Shown piece by piece: positions 38,180-50,700 of a stretch of 64,000 nt of DNA (position 1 is the stretch's first letter; every line of letters starts with the position of its first letter). A program made the position numbers and the translations under genes. The notes below the pieces were generated by a model. It saw only the letters and a program-made list of their open reading frames with translations. It was not told where the DNA came from and ran no database searches. Origin of the DNA: Podarcis cretensis (lineage: Eukaryota); the NCBI GenBank assembly GCA_951804945.1, contig OX638154.1, positions 38,936,001-39,000,000 on the forward strand, read 5' to 3'.

Positions 38180-38522
38180 GGGGACGCGGGTGGTGCTGTG
38201 GTCTAAACTACTGAGCCTCTTCAGCTCCTATTGCTCTGTCCTAGCTCCTGCCAACCTAGCAGTTTGAAAGCACGCCAGTGCAAGTAGATAAATAGGTACT
38301 GCCGCGGCGGGAAGGTAAACTGTGTTTCCGTGCGTTCTGGTTTCCACCACAGTGTTCTGTTGTGCCAGAAGCGGTTTAGTCATGCTGGCCACATGACCCG
38401 GAAAGCTGTCTGTGGACAAACACCGGCTCCCTTGGCCTGAAAGCGAGATGAGCGCTACAACCCCATAGTTGCTTTTGACTGGACTTAACCGTCCAGTGGT
38501 CCTTTACTCTTTACCTTTTTTT
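38180..38522 (+). mobile_element. Sauria-type SINE (older subfamily, internal deletion)
   Basis: GGGACGCGGGTGG head, shared core, ACCTTT-like tail. Confidence 0.85.
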
Positions 38523-38587
38523 ACCAGGAAGGGGAAGGGGGCTGTGAGCTTGCTGTGGTGAAAACACACAAGAGAACACGCAGTCTT

Positions 38588-38730
38588 AGCGGAGGAATAG
38601 CTCAGTCGGTAGAGCATGAGACTATTAATCTCAGGGCCATGGATTCAAGTGAAATATTCCTGCATTGCAGGGGTTGGACTAGATGAACCTGAGGGTCCCT
38701 TCCAATGCTACAATTCTATGAATCTATGAA
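38588..38730 (+). mobile_element. tRNA(Lys)-like SINE with CR1-type tail
   Basis: TAGCTCAGTCGGTAGAGCATGAGACT..TAATCTCAGGG head; GGTCCCTTCCAA..ATTCTATGA tail; no intact cloverleaf. Confidence 0.7.
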
Positions 38731-39193
38731 TGATCAGCATATTATTTGTATCAGTTAAAAAGATGGGTGGCTGTTTGACATAATAGCATAAATACTGCTT
38801 TTGAATATTTAAGGTAGATACATTATCTCAGTAATCCTTACCACAACCCTTTAAGGTGGGTCAGTATTGAAGAGACCTGCACATATTGCAGATTAGGGGC
38901 AAATGTGTGCAGTCCTGTACATTTCTACTCAGAAGTAAGCCCTGTTTAGTCAACTGGGGCTTACTCCCGGGATGGGCGTCTGAGTGACCACCTTGATGCC
39001 ATTGAGTCCACAGCAGGAAGTGAGATTTCACATAATTGCTTCTAATTTTAAGTTAATTCACAACCATACTACACCAGCTGTTACGTTATCTCTGACGGCT
39101 TCTGGGAAACCAGCAGGTTTTACGTTGCTATGATGCTTTTTAAAATCTCCTTTTGTCTTTATTAACTGAAATTTGGTTCTTGTTTCATTCTAG

Positions 39194-39348
39194 CTTCACC
39201 ACACCTCTTGGCTGCCCAGTCTACCTGCTCACATGGGGCTTGTTACCCACCTGTGCAAGACCTTCTTGTAGGAAGAATCCATCACTTGAAAGCCTCTTCT
39301 ACCTGTGGACTTGTCCAGCCTGAAACTTACTGCACTCCATATGGGGAA
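39194..39348 (+). CDS. LAMB3: Laminin beta-3 exon 3 (LN domain start)
   Basis: (A)[51 protein letters not shown]; AG/GT boundaries; 155 nt. Confidence 0.95.
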
Positions 39349-40312
39349 GTACGTATGGCATAAGTATCTTCTATTCACACAGGAAAGGTACATTGTTTAG
39401 CAGCACTGGCTGTCGTTTTGTGTTCTCCACTGAACAGAAATGGCAGTATTTAAACACTAAGGGGCCTCCTCAACTTCCCAGAATAAGCAATGCCTGGTTG
39501 CAGAGAAGTATCAGAATTTTAATCAGGCTTAAAGGCAAGGAGTAAAAACCTTAGATATTTCCCATAGGCTTCAGTTCTCCTCCATAACACATCCGACAGG
39601 GGCCAAGTTACAAGTTGCAACAAGCAATAATGTTCTGTATGCCTTTTCTGCTTTGATTGGTGCCCTTATTTGGTCAGTCCCTATGTGCCTCAGCATCAGG
39701 GGAAATTTAGGCTTCTCATGTTAACTGTATTCATATCTTTTTGTTTGTTTGTTTTGGCCTTGCTCATTGAATGTCAGAGACATTCAGTTTTTACCTGTAG
39801 GAGTTTCTTGATTTAGGGCCTATGAGCACAGAGGTGGTTTTTCTTTTTTCTTTTAAAAAAATAATAATTACGTAATTTATATCCTGTACATTCCAAATAA
39901 ATTTATGTTCTCAGGATACCCAACAGAGTTGTAATTTAAAAATAAATAAATAATGTGTGCAAACAGATTCAGCAAATGGAAACTAAAATGGCTCATTCAA
40001 GGAGATAGTATCAAGCAGGTCTGAGTTAAAGAATGCTTACATTAGCAGTTCTGGAAAGCCTGGGAAATTAGAAATGTTTTCCCATGGCACTTGAATGATA
40101 GCAGTGAGGTCTTTAGGTGGACCTTCTTTGAAAAGGGCGTTATAATAGCACTCTCTCTGGTCACCACAAACAAAAATTCAGATGGCAGGTGATGGTCTCA
40201 TCAAGACATAGGATTTCTGCTAGGAAAAAAAAATGGCAACCCATCAGTATCTTTATTGATGCCTTGCTGTGTCAATTTTAGCAGTTAAAAGAGCTAATCC
40301 ATTAAACATTGG

Positions 40313-40515
40313 NNNNNNNNNNNNNNNNNNNNNNNNNNNNNNNNNNNNNNNNNNNNNNNNNNNNNNNNNNNNNNNNNNNNNNNNNNNNNNNNNNNNNNNN
40401 NNNNNNNNNNNNNNNNNNNNNNNNNNNNNNNNNNNNNNNNNNNNNNNNNNNNNNNNNNNNNNNNNNNNNNNNNNNNNNNNNNNNNNNNNNNNNNNNNNNN
40501 NNNNNNNNNNNNNNN
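40313..40515. other. Assembly gap (N run)
   Basis: 203 Ns. Confidence 1.
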
Positions 40516-41482
40516 TCTATCTCTTCCCTTTTCCTGAGGTGGGTGGAGCTGGAGCTATAGGAGTCTTGGTGTCTCACTTTCTAAGCAGCCAGTTTCTGTT
40601 GATTTCCTATTAATCTGCCACTGAATAAGTCTGTGTGTGCATTCTTAAGAGTCCAACAGATCATCATGTGTGGATCACACAGGGCTGGTTCACATGTGAC
40701 AGCTATGAAGTGAGACATTGGAAGGTACCTTGAAATCATACAATGACTCACAGTTAATGAGAACCCAAGCCTCTGTAAGTCTCTACATGTGCAGGGGGTC
40801 GTGCATAATCCACTCCCTACCATTTTTATGGTGGGTGGGCCTCATGAAAAGGAACTAATTACATTGTTGTTTCTCAAAAAAAGCCCCAGTTTTCATTAAA
40901 TGCTACAGTATGGTAGGGTAAAACTTGTAAGTCCAAAGCTTGCTCCTGTGCCCCATGGCATGGATAAATTATGTACTACGGCCCTATGTAAACAAGGCCA
41001 TGCACTTGTGGAGTCTTGCACCTTGAGAAAATCAGATGATCTCACCAAGGCTATAAAACCTTTACCTGTGTTTTGGGGCTGTCCATTATATTCCCCTGCC
41101 ACCACTGTTATTCCATGTCACCACTGCAAACCCAATAATTCTCTTACCTTTTATTTTGATTAAGTGCCAAACAAGTGGACAAAATGTTATTGGTGGAAAA
41201 TGAAACACTGTTGATAGCAACTCTAGTTTTTTCTCTGAGCATGTATTGGCTCACAGGGATATATGGTTAAAAATGGCTACAACAGGAAGGCAGAGTTATG
41301 AGGTGTTTCTAAGGAGGCCTGAATCAAATGTTGTGGTCATGGCACATCTGTGGCTGAGAAGGCAAACTTGTTTTACCTTTGTGCATGAGAAGGCTTTTTG
41401 TGCAGTGGTACCCAGGTGGTTTACAAGGAATTTGATCACCACGGCACAACTGACCTATGTTTCAGCAGTTCAGTATTGCGCT

Positions 41483-43011
41483 TAGGTTTGATGAGGCCCT
41501 AAGCTACTGAAGGTAATGGGGCCCTTTATATGTCCAGCTATCCTTTGTCAACAACAAATTGTCCCTGTTTTTTGTTGTTGAATATATGCTATATGGTACC
41601 CTATATATAGAAATGAGCAAACCAGTGATATTTTAGGGAGCAGGCTAGCAGGCGGGGCCCATTACTTACATCATAGGAGCCTATGAGGCATCTAATCATA
41701 GCCTGCATTTTTACTGAGGCTTGATCAGGGCCTGTATTTTAAAATGAGCTTAAAGATTTTCAAATGTTCATGCTAGGCAGAAGACCAGCTGCCTAAGAAC
41801 CTTGGCAAGATGTTTATTCTCCTGGATAAGGGGGCCCCCTGATTTATAGCAGAAAACAATTCTCAAAGTCAAAGGGAATTACAGGCTGACAGCCAAGGTT
41901 ACACTGACCCTACATATTACAGAAGATAAAAAAGCAGAGAAAAACATAATTAAGAGTGGGTAAATAGTAAAATAAAACTATGTGCCTCCCATTCAACTTG
42001 AGCCATATTTTCCTAAGGTTGAAAGGTCAAGAGCAGTGAAAAAGGCAACTGGCTTGGCTGGAGAAGATAGGTTTTCTTTCTATCTATTTTTGAGGCTGGA
42101 AACTGTTCCTTACTTTGAAAAGGTTTATTCTTCTAAAAAGCTATCTATGTTATGTATTAAATATATTGGCTTAAATGTAATTATGCAAAGGAATTAGAAG
42201 CTAAGAAATGTTAAATCCTTATGCTAGATTCTTATTTCATATAGTTGGAAGAGATCACAGGGGCCATCAGCCACCAGCCCAGCCCCCCCTGCCAAGCAGG
42301 AAACATCATTAGAGCACACATATGGTTGTCAGGCCTTTGTTTAAAAGACCTTCAAGAGAAGGAGATCTTTCAATGCAAGATCCTTGACATCTGTTTAAGA
42401 TAAAAATTTAAGATTAAACCATTTGTTTTGGAGGGCAATAGGGCGAGGTGAGCTGGTAATTAAGGTTCCTTGTTGAGACACATGTAAGATATATTACTAC
42501 TTATTTGTCATTTATAGATAGAAGAATATATAGCTTTTTGATTCCCATAAAAGGGCAAGAGGAAATGGGTGTATCTTTTGTGATTGGTTCTAGCAAATAG
42601 CCAATAGGAATTTCAACCAGGCTGATTGGACAGAGGCAGCCACAGGAGGAGCAAGGGGGCTGGATTAAGGAAATATAAGTGCTGGCCAGAATGGCAGGAG
42701 GCCAGGCCAGAGCTTGGTAACCATATACCACTGTGCCTCATATTTATTTGTCTGACAAATAAATTATTATTTTAATTTCTCTATTGCTGCGTTGAATATT
42801 TCATTCCAGCTAAGCGTTAACCACAAGCAGGGTGCTACACCTACACAACAAAAAACACTGTTGCTGTATGTAGGTTTTATTTTATTTGTTTTTTATCTTT
42901 GATTTTAGAAATGTGCATCCAGTTTTTTCCCCCTTAAAATTTTTTCGGGGCCCCCAAGAGAGTGGGGCTCTAAGCTGTAGCTTGTTTAGTTTATACATAA
43001 TTCTGGCACTG
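41483..43011. mobile_element. hAT-like MITE split by a solo LTR; left TIR missing
   Basis: 8-bp TSD ATTGCGCT (41475-41482, 43012-43019); right end TCTGGCACTG; GGGGCCC..TAAGCT motifs in both halves. Confidence 0.65.
41684..42839 (+). mobile_element. Solo LTR (ERV1/Gypsy-like) with an internal CR1-like fragment (about 42240-42365)
   Basis: TG...CA ends, 4-bp TSD CCTA (41680-41683, 42840-42843), CCAAT boxes, TATAA 42674, AATAAA 42758. Confidence 0.7.
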
Positions 43012-43126
43012 ATTGCGCTCATGTTCAGCACTAAAGATGACTCATAATAGTAACTGTCTGGATGTTACCTTCAAATTTGGTCTCCCAAACACACACACTT
43101 TTCTGTGCTCTCAGTGAAGAAAAGTA

Positions 43127-43319
43127 CAGTGGTACCTTGGGTTACATACGCTTCAGGTTACAGACGCCGCTAACCCAGAAATAGTACCTCGGGTTAAGAA
43201 CTTTCCTTCAGGATGAGAATAGAAATCATTAGCTAAAGTGGTGCTTCAGGTTAAGAACAGTTTCAGGTTAAGAACGGACCTCTGGAATGAATTAAGTACT
43301 TAACCCCGAGGTACCACTG
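43127..43319. mobile_element. Tc1/mariner-type MITE
   Basis: TA-CAGTGGTACCT...GAGGTACCACTG-TA; same family as 398-639. Confidence 0.8.
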
Positions 43320-45279
43320 TAGATCAATAGGAGAGAAGCCACTTTTTCCATGAAATGAAGAAGTCCATCAGGTACATTTCCACTTTGCATGCATTCAGCT
43401 TTTCTGATATGTACCAGGAGCAGCCAATGCAAAAGCATTGGGCGGAAAATGCCCAAATGAGCATGCTTGGTTGGCTTAACCATAGAATTGGAAGCAATTT
43501 GCATAATATTCAAATGCTGCCACCTGGATTTGGGAGGACTGGGACATGGCAACCGTCTTCCGACTTGGCATGCGCCAGCCACTTGCTCTGTATCAGCTCT
43601 GCAGCTTAATAGGTCAGTGCTGTGAAGACAAAGTGGCAACAGTTTCATCATCCATCTGCCCTTCTCCCTTGTTTTGGGCCTCAAGCTTCCTGGTGTACTG
43701 TTAATGAGGCTGTGTATCACGTTCCTCACTTTTGTGCCAAACGGTGGAAAAGTTTTAAAGCCCTTTTTTTTTTTTTTTGCAACCTCTGCACAGGGTATGG
43801 GAGGAGGGGCTGCATTAGCTTGCTTGCTTTCCTCACACTCTGCCCTGCTAGCCAATGTGCACTGTCTGAGTCTGGTGCCAATCAGAGAAGTGTCCCAAAG
43901 TGTGTGTTTTGTGTCCCAGAGTCTTTTGCAATCCTGGTAAGTTCCGTGCTGATGGAAGCACTCCAATCCCGAGCCTCTCGTCTGCTGCCTTTGCTTTGGC
44001 TGTGATTCCTTCTAACCTTTATACTTTGTACCCCCACAGAGGCAGCCTCTCGCCCAGGACTAGGCAAAGTGCAGCCTCCACTTCCACTATTGCAAATTAT
44101 GCAAAAGGGGGCATTAATCCTGATCAGTGATTTGGAGGTGCTTGACCTCAGATTCTGGCTTGTCAAGAGATAAATCTTGGGTCCTATTAGAATCCTACAT
44201 TAGTTTCCATCTCTTTCTCATCCTGGGTCAATAAAAATGGGTTGCCAGGGTTGCCACTGGTTTTCCTGGCAAGGCTGCTATGCATTTAACAGCAATGGGA
44301 CAGGCAGAGGTTTAGCTGGTGATGTTTTTTCTAGCACACAGATGGAGTCATGAGGAAGTGTTCTTCAGTTGAAATTCTGTCTGTTTTGCTCCTTAATTAA
44401 GGAAAAAACCCTTTTAACTGCACTTTTTAACAAAGGTTTTTAAAGCAGTTTCTAATCTTAGAGAGTAGTAAAAACCAGTCAAATATCCAGTTTAAACGGT
44501 AGCTGGCTATAACTTAAAGTGGATTTGTTTTTATTGTGTATTATGTGTTAAATTGTTGTGACTCATCCCAATGCAATAAGGAGTGGGATAAAAATCTCCC
44601 TTATTTTATCTTCACAACAACCCTGTGAGGTAGATTTTAGGCTGAGAAGTAATGGCTGGCACAGGGGCATTCATTGTGGATTGTGGCTGAACAGGGATTT
44701 GAACACAGGTCTCCTCAGTCTCCACTCAGCACTCCAACTACTTAGGGTTAAAGGGACGAGAGCCTTCCCAGAAAAAAAGTGGCAGCTCTGGGGGCAGATT
44801 ATTGAGCTGACTGAAATCATATAATTAACCTCCTTCTGGTACCTGCTGTAATGGTGCCTCTGTAATAGGCATGGGGCCTCTGATTGTCTTTCAAATAGTG
44901 GTGGGAGCATTAAAATATTACAGTATGATACCATTTTGGATAGTTTCAGTGGCAGGGAGGGAAAACAGATGAGAGGCTGGTTGAAATATTCCATTTTCAA
45001 TCTTTATGTGAAGTGCCTTCCACAGTTCCAGCTTTTTATGGTGAGGCAGATAATCTTGGAGGCTTATACATGAACTCGCCAGTCTAACTTTCCTCAGTGT
45101 TTATTATATGAGAGGCCTTGGATATTAAGACTGCTGTTTGCCTTAGGTCAAGGACATCAGACTCTCTCACCATTATCTTGCCTGGCAGTGAGGGGGCTAT
45201 TAATGCATGATAATCACAAAGAGTGAGAAGATGCTTTTATCATCTGAGATATGGCAGGATAAGAAAACTATGTCAGTGT

Positions 45280-45307
45280 ACACACACACACACACACACA
45301 CACACAC
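45280..45307. repeat. (CA)n microsatellite
   Basis: Direct reading. Confidence 0.95.
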
Positions 45308-45366
45308 GGTAAGCCAAGGAAAGTGTCAGGTACTGTCTGTGGGGCCTAACATACTTCAGTTACTGC

Positions 45367-45633
45367 CAAGGGGTCGGTAAGGTTTATCTTGCCTGGGCTG
45401 GATCGGTCTTGCGGAGATCCCTCTGTGGGCTGGATTGTGTGTGTGTGTGCCCACGATTTCCGGCATCTGCACAGACGTGACTTCTGGTGCTGCGGAAGCG
45501 AGTCCCCATTCCACCTTGCGCTGGTTTAGCGCAGCACGTGAGTGGGTGGCTTGGTTTGGGAGCAGCTTGTGGGCCAGTCAAACAACCTCCGTGGGCCGCT
45601 CTCAGCCCATGGACTTTAGGTTGCTGACCCCTG
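45367..45633. mobile_element. hAT MITE
   Basis: CAAGGGGTCGG...GCTGACCCCTG ends; 8-bp TSD GTTACTGC. Confidence 0.75.
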
Positions 45634-46815
45634 GTTACTGCCCTAAGCCTGCTTACTCTGAAACAAGTCCTATGGAACTCAGTGGAACCTACTTCTGAGT
45701 AAACAGGCTGAGGACAAGATTATAAATCATAAAAAAACAGATGAGCTACAGCAAAAGAGTTACAGCAACTTTTCAAGACAGGTAGAGGTGGTACTATACG
45801 TAGCTATTAAGCAACTAATCATACTTGTTCTTCTTCTTCCTTGGCTGTTATCATAAGTCAGAATGGTATAGTGGTTAGATTGTTGGTCTAAGACTGGGAA
45901 GAGCTGGGTTTTGATCCCCACACAGCCATGAAGCTCAGCGGGTAACCCTAGGTCAGCCACTCTTTCTCAGCCTAATCATCTTTCCTGGGTTATTGTGGTA
46001 AAAAAACACAAGGGGGGCATTTGCACTGCCCTAAGATGCTTGAAGTAAGGGCAGAATCTAAAAAAAAAAATGCAATGTCAGAGCTGGGTGAAAGTGACCT
46101 CAATTTCTCCAGCCTCTCCAGAAGCCACAAATTTGTGGGTGTCAATTTTGCTGGATATTATCCAGAGATAACAGACATTTGAAACATTCAAAACACCCAC
46201 TTTTATAAAAAAACAAACAAACCTGTGTCTCATGAAACCTCATAAAGGTTATTAATATTTCCATTTTATGAATATTGAACTGAGGCATGTAGATAGGGAT
46301 ATTCTGAAGGCCTTTTCAAGTTTCACTTGTTTTGTGGGAAAACATGGCTTCAACTGGCATACTCCAGAGCACAGAATTGGGAGCTTCCAGTAACAGCAAC
46401 AAACCTTTCCACTAGGGCATTCCTTGCTTGCATCACCTTTTTACAGGGATGTGCTCTAACCTGTACAGTTCAAATCCTTGCCGGCATTTCCTGGCCTTTC
46501 CGTTTATGCCATCTGTTAAGGCTGTTGGTCTTCTGCAGAAGCCCATAATCTTCATGTGTGTTTCTTTGCAGTGATAAGGAGACAGCACTGTTCAGCCCAG
46601 CATTCACATAAGAATGGCTGGCTGGTGTGTTGTGGTTTCTCCAATCTGTTGCTTGAGCAGTTTCCCCCCAAAAAAACTTCTTATGAAGAAGGGGGAGAAA
46701 GGGCTGAGTGAACAAGTCTCTGAGACAAGCGCTTGCACGTTTGCCAAATAAAATAGGAGTTAGGGTGATTGCTTCATCAGATTCAAGCAGCACCACTCTC
46801 TAGATTTTGATTGCA

Positions 46816-47190
46816 GGTAAAAGGTAAAGGTAAAGGTAAAGGTACCCCTGCCCGTACGGGCCAGTCTTGACAGACTCTGGGGTTGTGCGCCCATCTCACT
46901 TAAGAGGCCAGGGGCCAGCGCTGTCCGGAGACACTTCCGGGTCACGTGGCCAGCGTGACATCGCTGCTCTGGCGAGCCAGAGCCGCACACGGAAACGCCG
47001 TTTACCTTCCCGCTGGTAAGCGGTCCCTATTTATCTACTTGCACCCGGAGGTGCTTTTGAACTGCTAGGTTGGCAGGCGCTGGGACCGAGCAGCGGGAGC
47101 GCACCCCGCCGCAGGGATTCGAACTGCCGACCTTTCGATCGGCAAGTCCTAGGCGCTGAGGCTTTAACCCACAGCGCCACCTGCGTCCCC
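46816..47190 (-). mobile_element. Young Sauria-type SINE
   Basis: TSD ATTTTGATTGCA (46804-46815, 47191-47202); nearly identical to 22627-22988. Confidence 0.93.
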
Positions 47191-47409
47191 ATTTTGATTG
47201 CAACTTGCTACTAATTCTTCAGATTCTGTCCAGTCAGGGGAAATACTAGGGTACACACCAAAAAGCTGCTTTTGGCATTGGGTGGTATTTGCTGATTGGA
47301 CTTACTGTGGTTGGATGTGGATGATGAGGGATTCATTGAATGATTGATTATATATCTATGCTGCTTTTCATTCAAATGAATCCCAAAGAAGCTTACTATG
47401 TGATAGAGC

Positions 47410-47769
47410 GGACGCAGGTGGCGCTGTGGGTTAAAGCCTCAGCGCCTAGGACTTGCCGATTGAAAGGTCGGCGGTTCGAATCCCTGTGGCGGGGTGCGCT
47501 CCCGCTGCTCGGTCCCAGCGCCTGCCAACCTAGCAGTTCGAAAGCACCTCCGGGTGCAAGTAGATAAATAGGGACCGCTTACCAGCGGGAAGGTAAACGG
47601 CGTTTCCGTGTGTGGCTCTGGCTCGCCAGATGCAGCTTTGTCACGCTGGCCACGTGACCCGGAAGTGTCTCCGGACAGCGCTGGCCCCTGGCCTCTTAAG
47701 TGAGATGGGCGCACAACCCCAGAGTCTGTCAAGACTGGCCCGTACGGGCAGGGGTACCTTTACCTTTAC
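47410..47769 (+). mobile_element. Young Sauria-type SINE
   Basis: TSD CTATGTGATAGAGC (47396-47409, 47770-47783). Confidence 0.93.
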
Positions 47770-50700
47770 CTATGTGATAGAGCACATAGGTTGCGAGCGG
47801 GGGGGGGGGCACCAAGTTGGCAGCAGTGGCAGGTGCAGGTGTGCCAGAGAGTGGTCCCAGAGAGTGGCAGCACCACTGCAGCTGGAGGATGGGGCAGCGG
47901 TGATGCCTCACCTCATGCAGCGTGACTGAACCTAAGTTGCAGGGAACCAGGACTGCTACCTTTCTCCTTATTTAAGTCCCATGCTTTGCAGCTGTATGAC
48001 TTATTTTATTTCAGATAATGCCATGCTACCTTTCAGGGCACAGCCCTTCTGAGGTGCCTCACACACCTAGCAAAGTCTTTGGGCTAAGATATGGCTGTTT
48101 TTAAGCCTGATACCAAGCAAATTTACCTTTCAAAGTTCATACGGTGATTCTATATGCATGCACTGTTACAGTATGTACTGTGTGAGTCATTCCACTCTGG
48201 CACATCGATTAGCGGTTTACATACACAAAGTGTGCACTGTTACTAATTTCCTGCTGCCCTCAAATGCTCCTACCTCGTATATGTTTGTTTAAGGCATATG
48301 CTGTTAACTTGATTATTAGATCAGCTGGTAATTCTGACTTTTAATCAGGGGAAAGCAGGAAACTAAATGGTATAATGTTGATTTAAACAGCTTGATTTAT
48401 ACAGTCCATTGCTCTTGAAAGGACGGCGGTCGTGTCCTTGCACGGCATCTCTTAAACATGTCAGCCTATAAATCGCATAACGGGGCCCTCATGGGATTGG
48501 TTCCAGACGGAGCTGAAATCATTACGGCATGCAGAGTTAAGATCAATTCCAGCATTTTTAAAGGTACTTGAGTTAAGATTACAGGCTGTTTCCCCATTCT
48601 CTGTGCAACATACTGGGAATGGGCCAAGCTCATTCTTCTAATTTAAGTGAGGTCTTGTCAACATCACTGTGTTAGAGGCAGTATCTCTAAATGGGCACGC
48701 CAAGGCTGCAAAATAAGTTTTCCACAGGCACTGTGCATGAGCGATATGTTTCAAGGTGGGGCTGAGACAAGACTGTGTGGCTACAGGTATGTGTCAGGGA
48801 GTTTAATTTTTTTGACGGAAGTGGAATAACCAAAAATGCATGGTGTATAGTTGGTGAACAGAAGAATAGCCTGCTGGATCAGGCCAGTGACCCATCTGGT
48901 CCAGCATTTTGTTCCCACAGGGGCCAAGCAGATGCCAGTGGGGCGCCTGAAAGCCGGAGAAAAGCGCCCTGCCCACCTGTGATTCCCAGCTGCTCATATT
49001 CAGAGGCATGGCTGCTCTGATAGTGACAACATGGAACTAGATCTAGAACTAGAGGGCAATAGGGAGCTTGTAGTCCTCCAGTTGTAGCTGGACTACATTT
49101 GTAGACCCCCTACCACCCCTGGCCATTGGCCGTGCTCGCTGGGGCTAAGGGGAGCTGGAGTCCCACAACATCTGGAAGGCCATAGGTTCTCCAAGGTTGG
49201 ATCAGGGGGTCCCTCTGGACTGTTGTTTATTTGCAGGAGTATTCTGCAACATGTCATTGATAGAACACAGCAGTGGTGGAGTGTTTAAGAGGTTCCTGTT
49301 AGAACACTCACTACTTTGTTTTGCAGTTTTGGCTGACAGCAGGTGAACAAAGAAACATGGCTATACATTTTGCACAGCAATAACTGTTTCTCTCATGCTC
49401 CAACCTAAGAACTCCAGCAACTCATGATATTATTTTTTTTTTTGGGGGGGGGGAGGCTTCTGCCATTTGTTATGGTGAGCTTTTAGGAATGCATGCTTAT
49501 CACTGAAAGAATATTTCAAATTACTCAGTATCACTTTATAAGCACCCAGCTATATTCAGGGTTGAGCAGATATTTTAAATTCCTGGGGCTAGTATCAATT
49601 TCCTGGAAATCTTGTGTGTAATTTTCTCTCTTGTCTCTGACCATTTCATACAGTGAGAACTGCTTTTGTTGCCACATGACATTTTTCCTACAGGGATATA
49701 ATTTTCTGTTCAGCGAAAAGTATGTGTGCATGACTGTACACGTGTTTTATAATAAACATGCATGCTGGGAAACTAGTTAGTACATTGACTTTTTTTTTTT
49801 AAAAAAAAAGCAATGGTAGCTATGGGGAAGGAATTAATGGGATAATATAACATCATCTTTGACACCCTGGATGGCGTTCTTGGCCAACACCCAACACTCC
49901 CCTTTGCTCACAGAGATGCAAAGTGTCTGAGAGCTCTATTTTTGGAGCTGTCTTGTATGATGCGACTTGATGCTATATTTTCACCGGACTTAGGCATATA
50001 AAAAGAGCATTGTGTAACCCAGCTTTAATGAATGACCTTGCTCTGAGCTGAAATATAATTCCTCACAGTCCCGATCCTGCCAATTCTTGATAGATCTTTT
50101 CACTCTTTTTTTCCCTGAAAGTCTTAAGTAGCATCCCAGCTCCTCCCTGACACATTGAAGCCAACAGTGAACAGTTCCATTAATAGCACAAATGTAAGGC
50201 CATAGAAATATTCAACTTGAGAAGCTGGTTATTGACAGGCTGGGATTGAGAGATAAGGCCAAATACGTGACCATGAAGTGCCCCAACCAAGCACCAAAGG
50301 TTTATACATAGGCTTTCTCATGCTAGAGGAAGCAGGATGGAAGGGTAGCTTTGCTGAGATGTTGCAGTTCTGCCTTTGGTTTAATGTGCACCCACATGCT
50401 CCATTAACTGGAGAGGCTATACATATATTTACTCACTAAGTCAGCTTAATATTCTCTCCTTGAGGCGAATGACCTTCCTTCAGTTCCAAGGTCACTGGGA
50501 TAAACAATGTGCAAGTTCATCTGAGGAAACAGGCCTCTGTGGAAGTGCACAATGTGGGTGGGGGTGAGTGTTCTTTGCTCAGCTATTTGCCTTGCATTAT
50601 AATGCAAGTGATCAGCTGCAGAGAGGCACATCATGCAAAAAGCACCCAAACAGTCACACATAAAACTGCCATAAGGAGCTTGTATGAACTTTGTACTTGG

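Noticed and set aside
38588-38650. tRNA-Lys gene
   Set aside because: Acceptor stem and T arm are degenerate and it continues into a CR1-type tail, so it is a SINE
40269-40613. ORFs spanning the N run
   Set aside because: Artefacts of the assembly gap
43292-43966. Longest ORF in the track (224 aa, antisense in LAMB3 intron 3)
   Set aside because: Runs through a poly-T tract and into a MITE; composition not protein-like
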